From NCBI GenBank assembly GCA_038042445.1, contig JBBTED010000165.1:1-24254 (forward strand): a DNA stretch of 24,254 bases, written 5' to 3'. This document shows, in pieces, positions 17,348-24,254 of this stretch; position 1 is the stretch's first letter; the number at the start of each line of letters is the position of its first letter. The notes beneath the pieces were generated by a model that was not told where the DNA came from, did not search any database, and saw only the letters and a list, made by a program, of their open reading frames with translations. This DNA comes from Candidatus Firestoneibacteriota bacterium (GTDB lineage: Bacteria; Oederibacteriota; D2-FULL-39-29; JBBTED01). The position numbers and the translations under genes are program-made.

Positions 17348-17936
17348 CTTCTCCTCTTTTGTAATAACAATTTATTACTTTATTTATTATTGTATCGTCA
17401 ATTTTGTCAAAAACTGCTTTCATTTTTGTTTTTTTGCTCCAATATTTCAGAAATTCATTTGAATCAATTATGAAAAGTTTAATGTTAGGTTTACTTTTAA
17501 TTAATCTTATTAGTTTTTTTGCTTTTTCTATTCGTCTTATTCCTTCACACTTTAATGGATATACAAAAATAAAATTCACATTTTGTTGTCTTATAATCTC
17601 TTTTAGGATATACCAGATTACTCCAAATCCAGTTCCGCCACAACCAGTAATGATTACAAGTTTATTGCTATTAATCGCTTTCTTAATTTTTGAACCATAC
17701 ATAATCGCAAGCATCAATCCATAGTCATAAACACCCAAAGCACTTTCTCCCTTGCCAATAAGAATTTTCTTTTTTATATGATGTAATTTTCCGATTGAAG
17801 AACTATTACTATCTATAGCAACGCAATTAGATTTTAATTGAGGATGCAATTGAGAAATTCTATCGGCAAAATACGAACCACAACCACCAAGACCTATAAT
17901 TTGTATTTTCATATGGATTATTAATTGCACTATCAT
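17340..17936 (-). CDS. Stand-alone FtsZ/tubulin-like GTP-binding domain
   Basis: KIQIIGLGGCG (T1), AIDSN, KILIG, GCGGTGFG (T4 signature), P.K.EG.RR..A...I (T5), IIDSNEFL, AVFDKIDDTI (H7). Ends before the T7 loop. Start may be the Met at 17912. Confidence 0.8.
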   Translation of the reverse strand: MIVQLIIHMKIQIIGLGGCGSYFADRISQLHPQLKSNCVAIDSNSSSIGKLHHIKKKILIGKGESALGVYDYGLMLAIMYGSKIKKAINSNKLVIITGCGGTGFGVIWYILKEIIRQQNVNFIFVYPLKCEGIRRIEKAKKLIRLIKSKPNIKLFIIDSNEFLKYWSKKTKMKAVFDKIDDTIINKVINCYYKRGEDE

Positions 17937-18182
17937 TTACTATATGATAAAGAATTGTTTCATACAATTTCTTTACTGCCTTTTCACAAATACATAAAAT
18001 TTCCTCTTTGGATTCATAATTACCAGACCAATTATAATTCATAAAACCAGAAGATTCAATTTAAATTTATTGTACATAATTCAAACACTCAACTTTGTTT
18101 GTAAGTTTTCATATAACAGGACTTTGTTAAATTTTAGTCCTATTTTTTCTTTAACTCCTTTATTTTCAATACTTTTGCTCAT
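17860..18182 (-). pseudogene. Disrupted ORF upstream of the FtsZ-like gene
   Basis: Strong AAGGAGG RBS and ATG at 18182 give only 33 codons. Another frame (17860-18042) is open downstream and overlaps the FtsZ-like start. Confidence 0.35.
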
Positions 18183-18226
18183 AAAACCCCTCCTTGTAGG
18201 TTTTCCATTTAAAAAAACTGCAACTC

Positions 18227-18553
18227 TTACCTCTTATTTACTTTATTCATTAGTTCCTGTGTACCAACAAATACATAGATCAACAGTGTCAAAGGAAATA
18301 ATAAAATAGCCATACTAACAATTGCATACTGAATTATAATTCTTCTTATTTTGTCATGCCGGGTTTTCATTAGTATATATTTATTTTCCTCTTTAACTTG
18401 AGTAAGTGTCTTAGGAGGTTCATCAATAGACACCGTTATATCATCAAGATGCTTTTCATCTATATATAATTTATCACCTCGCTCTTTAAATATATAATCC
18501 ACTATCTCTTTTGGGTCTTTATATTTACTATTTATATTATCCATTTCAATCAC
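18227..18553 (-). CDS. Small protein with C-terminal transmembrane segment
   Basis: Hydrophobic IIIQYAIVSMAILLFPLTLLIYVFVG; lies directly behind type B copy 4. Confidence 0.65.
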   Translation of the reverse strand: MIEMDNINSKYKDPKEIVDYIFKERGDKLYIDEKHLDDITVSIDEPPKTLTQVKEENKYILMKTRHDKIRRIIIQYAIVSMAILLFPLTLLIYVFVGTQELMNKVNKR

Positions 18554-18573
18554 TCTACCTGTTACCTATGTAA

Positions 18574-18601
18574 ATATTAGCATAGAGGTATGACAAAATT
18601 T
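18574..18601 (-). promoter_or_regulatory. TGTCA-N10-TANNNT promoter, type B copy 4
   Basis: Minus strand TGTCAT-ACCTCTATGC-TAATAT (18574-18595), identical to copy 1. Confidence 0.7.
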
Positions 18602-18613
18602 TGAGATACCCCA

Positions 18614-18718
18614 CAGCATACATCTGAGAATTTCATGAAAAACTGCGGTGAACTTGATATCAAACAAATATTTACAACATGGTCGAATCCAAAAGGAAAT
18701 TCAGATACGGAAAGAGTC
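18614..18718 (+). mobile_element. Fragment of a DDE (rve; IS3/IS481-like) transposase
   Basis: Translates QHTSENFMKNCGELDIKQIFTTWSNPKGNSDTERV, matching the Q.TS..F...C..L.I.Q......P..N...ER core around the catalytic Glu. Confidence 0.75.
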
Positions 18719-19114
18719 AGCAGCAATCATCTCAACAATTATCCCTTTCTTTTCCATATCCTTTATTTTATTTTCCACAGCCCAGGTATCCCTGAATTTA
18801 ATGTTGTAGAAGGCAAAAAAGCAAACTTTTGCAACATCTTTCTTCTTAGTCAGTTTCTCCACATCTTTTTTCACGTAAATACCGCCCTCCCAAAAATACT
18901 TGAATTCACAATAATACTCAACATTATCATCAATTTTCAAATACAAATCATAATTTTCTTTTTCGCTCTGCCATTTGACCCTCTCCTTAAATTCTTCTAT
19001 TAGATAATGACAAAACCAAATAATTATATCTCTTTCTACTCTCAAGTTATCATATTGCTCTCTTATGACCTTTTTAAATATTTCTTTCAATTTATTATCA
19101 AACACTTGAATCAC
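18701..19114 (-). CDS. Small PD-(D/E)XK nuclease-fold protein, 3' end running into the IS fragment
   Basis: ERD...YDLYL.......CEFKY........KDVEKL motif order; the stop codon lies inside the transposase fragment. Confidence 0.6.
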   Translation of the reverse strand: MIQVFDNKLKEIFKKVIREQYDNLRVERDIIIWFCHYLIEEFKERVKWQSEKENYDLYLKIDDNVEYYCEFKYFWEGGIYVKKDVEKLTKKKDVAKVCFFAFYNIKFRDTWAVENKIKDMEKKGIIVEMIAADSFRI

Positions 19115-19192
19115 TCTCCTTTAAATTTCTTTAACTTCTTCACCATAATATAATTTGTTCTATACTATTACAAAAGCAAAATTATACTGTAT

Positions 19193-19417
19193 TTAAAATT
19201 GTTTTGCTACTATAACAACTTTTACAAAATTCTTTCTTTCACTAACCTGATAACAAAAAACAATATTTACATTTTTATTCATTAATTTTTGTATATAAGT
19301 AGTTGCATCACAATATTCACCAAGAGTATTAGCATCATTAACTTTTACTAATACTTTAAGATTAGAAATACCAATTCCAACAATTTTTTTTCCAAGTTTA
19401 TCAAATTGTTCTTGCAT
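19193..19417 (-). CDS. Stand-alone FtsZ C-terminal-domain-like protein
   Basis: VGIG...KVLVKV...TLGEYCDATTYIQ......NIVFCYQV......VKVVIVAKQF parallels FtsZ MGIG...GVLVNI...TL.EV.EA...I.......NIIFG..I......IRVTVIATGF. Confidence 0.6.
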   Translation of the reverse strand: MQEQFDKLGKKIVGIGISNLKVLVKVNDANTLGEYCDATTYIQKLMNKNVNIVFCYQVSERKNFVKVVIVAKQF

Positions 19418-19439
19418 AATACAAATCCTTACTTTTCAT

Positions 19440-19470
19440 CTAATATGAATATTAGAAAAGAGGTGTACTC
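19440..19470 (-). promoter_or_regulatory. Degenerate type B element (TGTCA box lost)
   Basis: Keeps palindrome CTAATA-TGAA-TATTAG and ACCTCT....-TAATAT, but has GAGTAC in place of TGTCAT. Confidence 0.6.
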
Positions 19471-19517
19471 CCTTGCTTTTCTATATCACTAAACCAGTAC
19501 ATATCAATAAATTTCTT

Positions 19518-20387
19518 TTAACGTTTTTTATTTGAGTAGTATTCATATATATATTTTGAAATCATTGTAGTTTTATCTTGTTTATTATTACAACTACATT
19601 CAACAATATTGTTTTTTGAATCATATTTAACTACATCTCTTATCTTATTTTTAATATCGCCATTTAAATTATATCTATTGATTATTAGACCTATTCTTCT
19701 ATTTCTATAATACATATAAATTTTCTTCATATACATCCTACCGTGTAAGTTATACCTTTTTTCTTTAGTTTTATTACTATTTTCATCATATTCAAAAATC
19801 CGTCTTTCCTTAATATCGCCATTTGATAGATACAAGATATTTTCTATTTCATTTCCGTTATTATCATACTTTTGCATAGATTCTTTTCCAGTTTCGCCTA
19901 TTGTGATTTTATTTCCAACTGTATCATATTTATAAATTGTTCTATGCTTGACATTATGCTTTGAATCATAATACAAACATTCGATTTTTCTGCCCTCTAC
20001 ATCATAAATATCTCGTCTCATAATATATTTATATTTTTTACTAATATACCACCATATTTCCTCATTTATTCTTCCCTTATTGTCACACTTGTAAATCATT
20101 TTATTTCTTATATTTGATTCAGGACATATACTAATATCCCAAATTTGTTTACCTTCACTATTAAATTTTTCAACTAATATGTGATGAATACTGCCATTTG
20201 AGTTGTAGTGTGTCTGTTTAACTGGATATCCATTGTAATCATATTCTAAAAATAACTGTTTATAACTATTTTTAAGTTTCCCATTTTTATATGAATATAC
20301 CCATATAGTGAAAGATTTAATTTTTGATGACTTAATCCTCTCTCTTTCTATCTCATACCACGGCTTTTTTTGTGATTTCTTTAGCAT
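19518..20387 (-). CDS. YD/RHS-like beta-hairpin repeat protein
   Basis: Repeated YD..GN.IE...Y..NG.I units; no signal peptide and no RHS core terminal motif. Confidence 0.7.
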   Translation of the reverse strand: MLKKSQKKPWYEIERERIKSSKIKSFTIWVYSYKNGKLKNSYKQLFLEYDYNGYPVKQTHYNSNGSIHHILVEKFNSEGKQIWDISICPESNIRNKMIYKCDNKGRINEEIWWYISKKYKYIMRRDIYDVEGRKIECLYYDSKHNVKHRTIYKYDTVGNKITIGETGKESMQKYDNNGNEIENILYLSNGDIKERRIFEYDENSNKTKEKRYNLHGRMYMKKIYMYYRNRRIGLIINRYNLNGDIKNKIRDVVKYDSKNNIVECSCNNKQDKTTMISKYIYEYYSNKKR

Positions 20388-20526
20388 ATAATTTACTCTT
20401 CGTTTTTCAAAATATTTTTAAGAGCCATACATACTTCTTTTTTAATCCAAATTGGTATATCTACCAAAAGTGTCTTCCCTCTACTTGAAGTAGCATCTAT
20501 TATATCTCTTTTTGAAAATAATTTAA

Positions 20527-20751
20527 CTATAATATTCTTTTTGTTATTTTTTTAATATAATTTTCACATTCTATATTTTGATATATAAACAACTTATCAT
20601 TATCATTAATATTACTATATCTTGATAATTTATCAGCATCATTATCTACTATTAAATAATTGTAGTCAGAATTATCTTTAATTATATCATTTAAAAATTC
20701 ACAGCTAAATTCTCCAATTCCCACTATTGTTGTATTTATCATTGTTTTCAA
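20527..20751 (-). pseudogene. Short ORF resembling the first strands of an FtsZ/Rossmann-like domain
   Basis: TTIVGIGEFS.......YLIVDNDADKL...KLFI resembles FtsZ S1-H1-S2 (IGVG...NTD...L); stops after ~70 aa. Confidence 0.4.
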
Positions 20752-20754
20752 GTA

Positions 20755-20880
20755 TTAAAAAACGAAACCATGCATTCTCCTTTTCTTTTTGTGACAAGTT
20801 TTTAAAATATCTACTTTATCTTCTAAATCATTATCCTCTTCATCTTCATTGAAATTATTTTTATTATCCAAATCTAACAT
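20755..20880 (-). CDS. 41-aa acidic ORF
   Basis: GGAGG RBS, MLDLDNKNNFNEDEEDNDLEDKVDILK...; may be a frameshifted remnant. Confidence 0.35.
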   Translation of the reverse strand: MLDLDNKNNFNEDEEDNDLEDKVDILKTCHKKKRRMHGFVF

Positions 20881-20929
20881 ATTCTTCCTCCCAAATTTTT
20901 GTTTGTATGTTTTTACTTTTCATCTATAT

Positions 20930-20991
20930 GCAGTTGCTGATTTATCAGCGATTTTTTAAAAAAACCGCAATGCCGATAAATCGGCAACTAC
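20930..20991. repeat. Inverted REP doublet (REPIN-like)
   Basis: GCAGTTGCTGATTTATCAGC (20930-20949) ... GCCGATAAATCGGCAACTAC (20972-20991); a further decayed copy at 21096-21115. Confidence 0.75.
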
Positions 20992-21010
20992 TTAGAATAT
21001 ATATTGTAAT

Positions 21011-21039
21011 AGATTAACACACAGGTATGACAAAATTTT
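21011..21039 (-). promoter_or_regulatory. TGTCA-N10-TANNNT promoter, type B copy 6
   Basis: Minus strand TGTCAT-ACCTGTGTGT-TAATCT (21011-21032). Confidence 0.65.
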
Positions 21040-21239
21040 GAATAGCGAACAAATTACCATTCGCTTTTTGGTTGGATAGTAATTTACATGCTATTGCAGA
21101 TAAATCGGAGACTACAATAGATTTCATAATGTATATGATACTCATTTGAATTTTACATATATTTTATACCCCATAGGGAGTAATAAATACAAATAATCAA
21201 AAATAAACCGCATAAATATATAAATTTATCAAATTCTCA

Positions 21240-21268
21240 TTGACATTATACCTTTAAGGGTATATAAT
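21240..21268 (+). promoter_or_regulatory. Consensus sigma70 promoter of hipBST with palindromic operator
   Basis: TTGACA-N17-TATAAT exactly. TATACC-TTTAAG-GGTATA (21247-21264) fills the spacer; a weaker copy at 21165-21182. Confidence 0.88.
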
Positions 21269-21281
21269 TTCATAAGTAATT

Positions 21282-21479
21282 ATGGATATCGGAGAAAAAA
21301 TAAAGGAATTAAGAAAAAAAACAGATTTAACACAAAAAGAATTTGCAGAACGAGCAGGTATAGGATTAAGGTTTTTAAGAGAACTTGAACAAGGTAAAAA
21401 AACTGTAAGAATTGATAAAGTAAATCAGGTTTTGGAATTTTTGGGGTATCATATTGAAATACTAAAAAATGAAAAATAA
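21282..21479 (+). CDS. hipB: HipB/y4mF-like XRE-family HTH regulator
   Basis: LTQ.EFAERAGIGLRFLRELEQGK.T.RIDKVNQVL..LG. Confidence 0.88.
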   Translation: MDIGEKIKELRKKTDLTQKEFAERAGIGLRFLRELEQGKKTVRIDKVNQVLEFLGYHIEILKNEK

Positions 21480-21804
21480 ATATTTAAGAAAAGCTATTGT
21501 GCGATTTAAAGATGAAATTGCTGGTATTTTAGAAGAAATAGAAACTGGTTTCAAGTTTACTTATGACAAAAATTTTATGCGCAAAAATATAGCAATTTCA
21601 AGTTCATTGCCTATTCAAGAAAAACCTTATGAAAGCAATCATTTGTTTTCATTTTTTTTAGGGCTTCTACCTGAAGGCTGGTATTTGAAAATAGTATGCA
21701 AAACATTAAAAATTGATGAAAATGATTTTTTTGGGATTCTAGTTGCGACTTGCAAAGATACTATAGGCGCAATATCAATAGAGGAAATAAAAGAAAATGA
21801 ATAG
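21469..21804 (+). CDS. hipS: HipA N-terminal domain protein (HipS-type antitoxin)
   Basis: AG.LEE....F.F.YD, IS.SLP, L..FF.GLLPEGW, D.IGAIS. Confidence 0.85.
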   Translation: MKNKYLRKAIVRFKDEIAGILEEIETGFKFTYDKNFMRKNIAISSSLPIQEKPYESNHLFSFFLGLLPEGWYLKIVCKTLKIDENDFFGILVATCKDTIGAISIEEIKENE

Positions 21805-22735
21805 GTGCTTATTCTGTGGATTAGAAATAATGGAAACATCGTTATTGCATAATAAGTGTATTAAAAAAGTTTTTGGAGTTGATTACATACCTGAAGTAAA
21901 CTTTACTTTATCTGAAATATCATTAAAAGCTCAGGAAATGACAGGTAAATTATCAATTTCTGGAGTCCAACCAAAATTATCAGTTAAATTGAACCATAGA
22001 ACAAAAAAACTTGAAGTTGTTGCAGAAAAAGGAGAATATATTTTAAAACCACAGGTTGAAACTTTTTTAAATCTACCTCAAAACGAGAACCTATGTATGA
22101 CAATTGCATCAAATTTAGGAATACCCGTCCCTCCACATACATTAGTTAAGCTGAAAGATAATACTTGGGCATATATTATAAAAAGAGTTGATAGATTTAA
22201 AAAAGAAAAAATACATCAGGAAGATTTTTTTCAAATATTAGAGAAAACAGATAAATATGATGGTTCTCTTGAAGAAATAGGAAAAAAACTAAAACAAATA
22301 TCAGATGTACCCGGTTTAGATATTCAACTTTTTTATGAAAGAATATTATATTTTTTTCTTATTGGTAATGGAGATGCTCATATGAAAAATTTTTCAATAA
22401 CATATAAAAATAACCAAGCACGATTATCTCCAGCGTATGATATAGTTTGCTCTAAAATATATATCTCCAGCGAAAATGATTTTGCTCTTTCTATGAATGG
22501 CAAAAAAAATAAAATAACAGGAAAAGATTTTAACGAGTTTTTTAAATTTCTACAAATTCAAAATAAAAAAATAAATCAAAAATTTTTGGATAAGAAAAAT
22601 GTTGTTTTAGAATTCATAAAAGATTCAATTTTTAGTGACTATCAAAAAGATCAAATGCTAAAAACAGTTCAAGACAGATTTTCAAGATTGTCCGATATAC
22701 AGAAATCTGTAGCTAATAAATCTATATCACCATAA
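21797..22735 (+). CDS. hipT: HipA-family kinase toxin (HipT-type)
   Basis: LSISGVQPK Gly-rich loop, YILKP, NE.L.M, HQEDF.Q, GNGDAHMKNFS, LSPAYD. Confidence 0.9.
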   Translation: MNRCLFCGLEIMETSLLHNKCIKKVFGVDYIPEVNFTLSEISLKAQEMTGKLSISGVQPKLSVKLNHRTKKLEVVAEKGEYILKPQVETFLNLPQNENLCMTIASNLGIPVPPHTLVKLKDNTWAYIIKRVDRFKKEKIHQEDFFQILEKTDKYDGSLEEIGKKLKQISDVPGLDIQLFYERILYFFLIGNGDAHMKNFSITYKNNQARLSPAYDIVCSKIYISSENDFALSMNGKKNKITGKDFNEFFKFLQIQNKKINQKFLDKKNVVLEFIKDSIFSDYQKDQMLKTVQDRFSRLSDIQKSVANKSISP

Positions 22736-22751
22736 TTACTTCCTCCTTTTT

Positions 22752-24053
22752 TTATTTTTTATTAAGAAATCCTAACTGTCTTGTTTTTTCTACGATTTTC
22801 TTTGTTTTTTCAAAAGATTTATCTATGTAGTCCTTTTTCAAAATAACTTTGCCATTAACTTCCATAGAACCATCAATAACGGCAAATTTTTTTGCCTCGA
22901 GAATCATTTCTTTCATGCAAGCACCACTGAAATCGTTTGTTATTTCCGCAATAAGTTCAAAATTTATAGCATCGGATAAAACCATATCTTCTGTAAATTT
23001 AGAAAGCATTTTAATTCTTGCATCATAATCAGGATTATCTAATTGTATTCTTAAATCAAATCTGTTGGGTCTATGACTAATGGCTTCATCTAATATTTGA
23101 GGAGCATTTGTAGTCGCAATGGTTATTATGCCTTCATAAGAACTTAATCCGTCAAGATGATTTAACAATTCACCCAATTGTGCAGGATCATTGCTAATAT
23201 TTCTGTTTGAAATTGTTAAATCTATGTCCTCCCAAAATATTATTGATGGCGAGAGTTTATCGCCAAGCTCATACAGGTCTTTAATTTCGTTAGTATATCC
23301 TCTAAAAGTTTTTGGGGTTATCCAAATAATAGTAAATAATTCCAACGATGCTAAAATTTTACCTACGAGTGTTTTTCCATTACCGGGCGGACCTTCTAAT
23401 ATAATACCACGCTTAAAAGGGATATTATATTTTTCAAAAAGTTCTTTATGTCTTAGTAATCCCAATGTATTTTCCTTTATAAGTTTTATTTTTTCATCTT
23501 CAAGAATGAGTTCGTCAAAAGAATACTTTCTATCAAGACAGATTTTTTCTTTGGTTGGAGTAATAATTTTCCCTTTTAATGAATACCCAGAGAAAATCTG
23601 ATTGTACATAGTTGAAGCAATATCACTACAATTTTTATGAACAATTAAATCTATAGTGAAATACATTCTTTTTGCAAACGGACTAAAAGTCCCACATGAT
23701 AGAATCAATTTATCTTTACAATTTTCGTAAAATTGAAGTCCGTCGATGACTGGGTTTTGTTCCTCACCTGAATGTACTGCAACATTCATCGTTGTTTTCC
23801 ATCTACCTCCTTCTCTTACTTTTTTGAATCCACATAAGTTGAGATATTCGGCTGCAAGTTTAAAAAAACTTTCATCATAATAATACATCCCACATCTTAA
23901 TAAAAACAACTCATCCCGTTTGCATTCCAGAAATAAACAAATTTCGTCTAGGTCAATATCAATAAAAAAGTCGTCCAATAATTTGTTAGGTGTTTGCATG
24001 ATATCCTCTCCTGGAACACTTAAACGACCATTTTTACCAAATTTTATCAACAT
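22752..24053 (-). CDS. Single-domain classical-clade AAA+ ATPase
   Basis: IPFKRGIILEGPPGNGKT, FWEDID, LLNHLDG, ATTN....LD.AI..RP.RFD, FSGA; ends in LGF; GAGGAGG RBS. Confidence 0.9.
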   Translation of the reverse strand: MLIKFGKNGRLSVPGEDIMQTPNKLLDDFFIDIDLDEICLFLECKRDELFLLRCGMYYYDESFFKLAAEYLNLCGFKKVREGGRWKTTMNVAVHSGEEQNPVIDGLQFYENCKDKLILSCGTFSPFAKRMYFTIDLIVHKNCSDIASTMYNQIFSGYSLKGKIITPTKEKICLDRKYSFDELILEDEKIKLIKENTLGLLRHKELFEKYNIPFKRGIILEGPPGNGKTLVGKILASLELFTIIWITPKTFRGYTNEIKDLYELGDKLSPSIIFWEDIDLTISNRNISNDPAQLGELLNHLDGLSSYEGIITIATTNAPQILDEAISHRPNRFDLRIQLDNPDYDARIKMLSKFTEDMVLSDAINFELIAEITNDFSGACMKEMILEAKKFAVIDGSMEVNGKVILKKDYIDKSFEKTKKIVEKTRQLGFLNKK

Positions 24054-24139
24054 TGTATAACCTCCTCAAATAAAATACTCTTTCATATTTTTACAAGCGT
24101 AATTCCATCACTAACTCTTTTATTACAGACAAATCAAAC

Positions 24140-24254
24140 CTACTTCTCAGAATGAACAGTCAAATTTTCGAATCTTGTATGTTCATCCAAAAATGTAACT
24201 TTAATATCTCCGGTTGGACCATTTCTTTGTTTTGCAATTATTATATCCGCTTCT
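24140..24254 (-). CDS. dnaB: Replicative DNA helicase, C-terminal end only
   Basis: Manual translation [37 protein letters not shown]. Confidence 0.92.
   Translation of the reverse strand, partial: EADIIIAKQRNGPTGDIKVTFLDEHTRFENLTVHSEK

Noticed and set aside
18635..19003. 122-aa plus-strand ORF as a gene
   Set aside because: Only the first ~28 codons are transposase-like; the rest is antisense to 18701-19114.
19518..20387. YD-repeat protein as an Rhs toxin
   Set aside because: Too short; no PxxxxDPxG core end, toxin tip or secretion genes.
20770..20796. TGTCAC (also TGTCAT at ~6220-6225) as further promoter copies
   Set aside because: No TANNNT at 9-11 nt spacing; they lie in an ORF or in a palindromic element.
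6114..21039. A/B repeats as a CRISPR array or integron attC sites
   Set aside because: Spacing is kilobases and irregular, there are no cas1/cas2 or integrase genes, and no RYYYAAC...GTTRRRY long hairpin.
21119..21146. dif-like CATAA-TGTATA-TGATA
   Set aside because: The XerD arm matches TTATGTTAAAT at only about half its positions; expected by chance in AT-rich DNA.
3200..24100. Island as a prophage or ICE
   Set aside because: No integrase, structural, replication or conjugation genes, and no terminal att repeats seen.

Overview
AT-rich bacterial chromosomal window. Housekeeping genes sit at both ends: moaC-mog-gyrA (1-3111, gyrA runs off the left edge) and the 3' tail of dnaB (24140-24254). 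Between them is a ~21 kb accessory island, almost all on the minus strand, with no integrase in view. It encodes a Cas4/RecB-type Fe-S nuclease, an orphan MNT, and two copies of a small His-motif protein + MORN-repeat(/DUF6745-like) module. It also carries two divergent RNase J-like beta-CASP MBL hydrolases, VapBC, a two-HKD PLD nuclease, two PD-(D/E)XK proteins, a TPR-like protein and a ClpX paralogue with a swapped N-terminal domain. Three separate FtsZ-like fragments, a YD-repeat protein, HipBST and an AAA+ ATPase complete the set. The strongest unexplained structure is a recurring minus-strand element, TGTCA(G/C/T)-N10-TANNNT. Eight copies have exact spacing and three are variants, always intergenic and upstream of island genes. 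This geometry matches the '-26 element' promoters activated by the WYL-domain factor PafBC. It suggests a damage-inducible regulon concentrated in one island, possibly with the repeats also acting as exchange points for gene modules. All family assignments come from reading motifs by eye; no searches were run.
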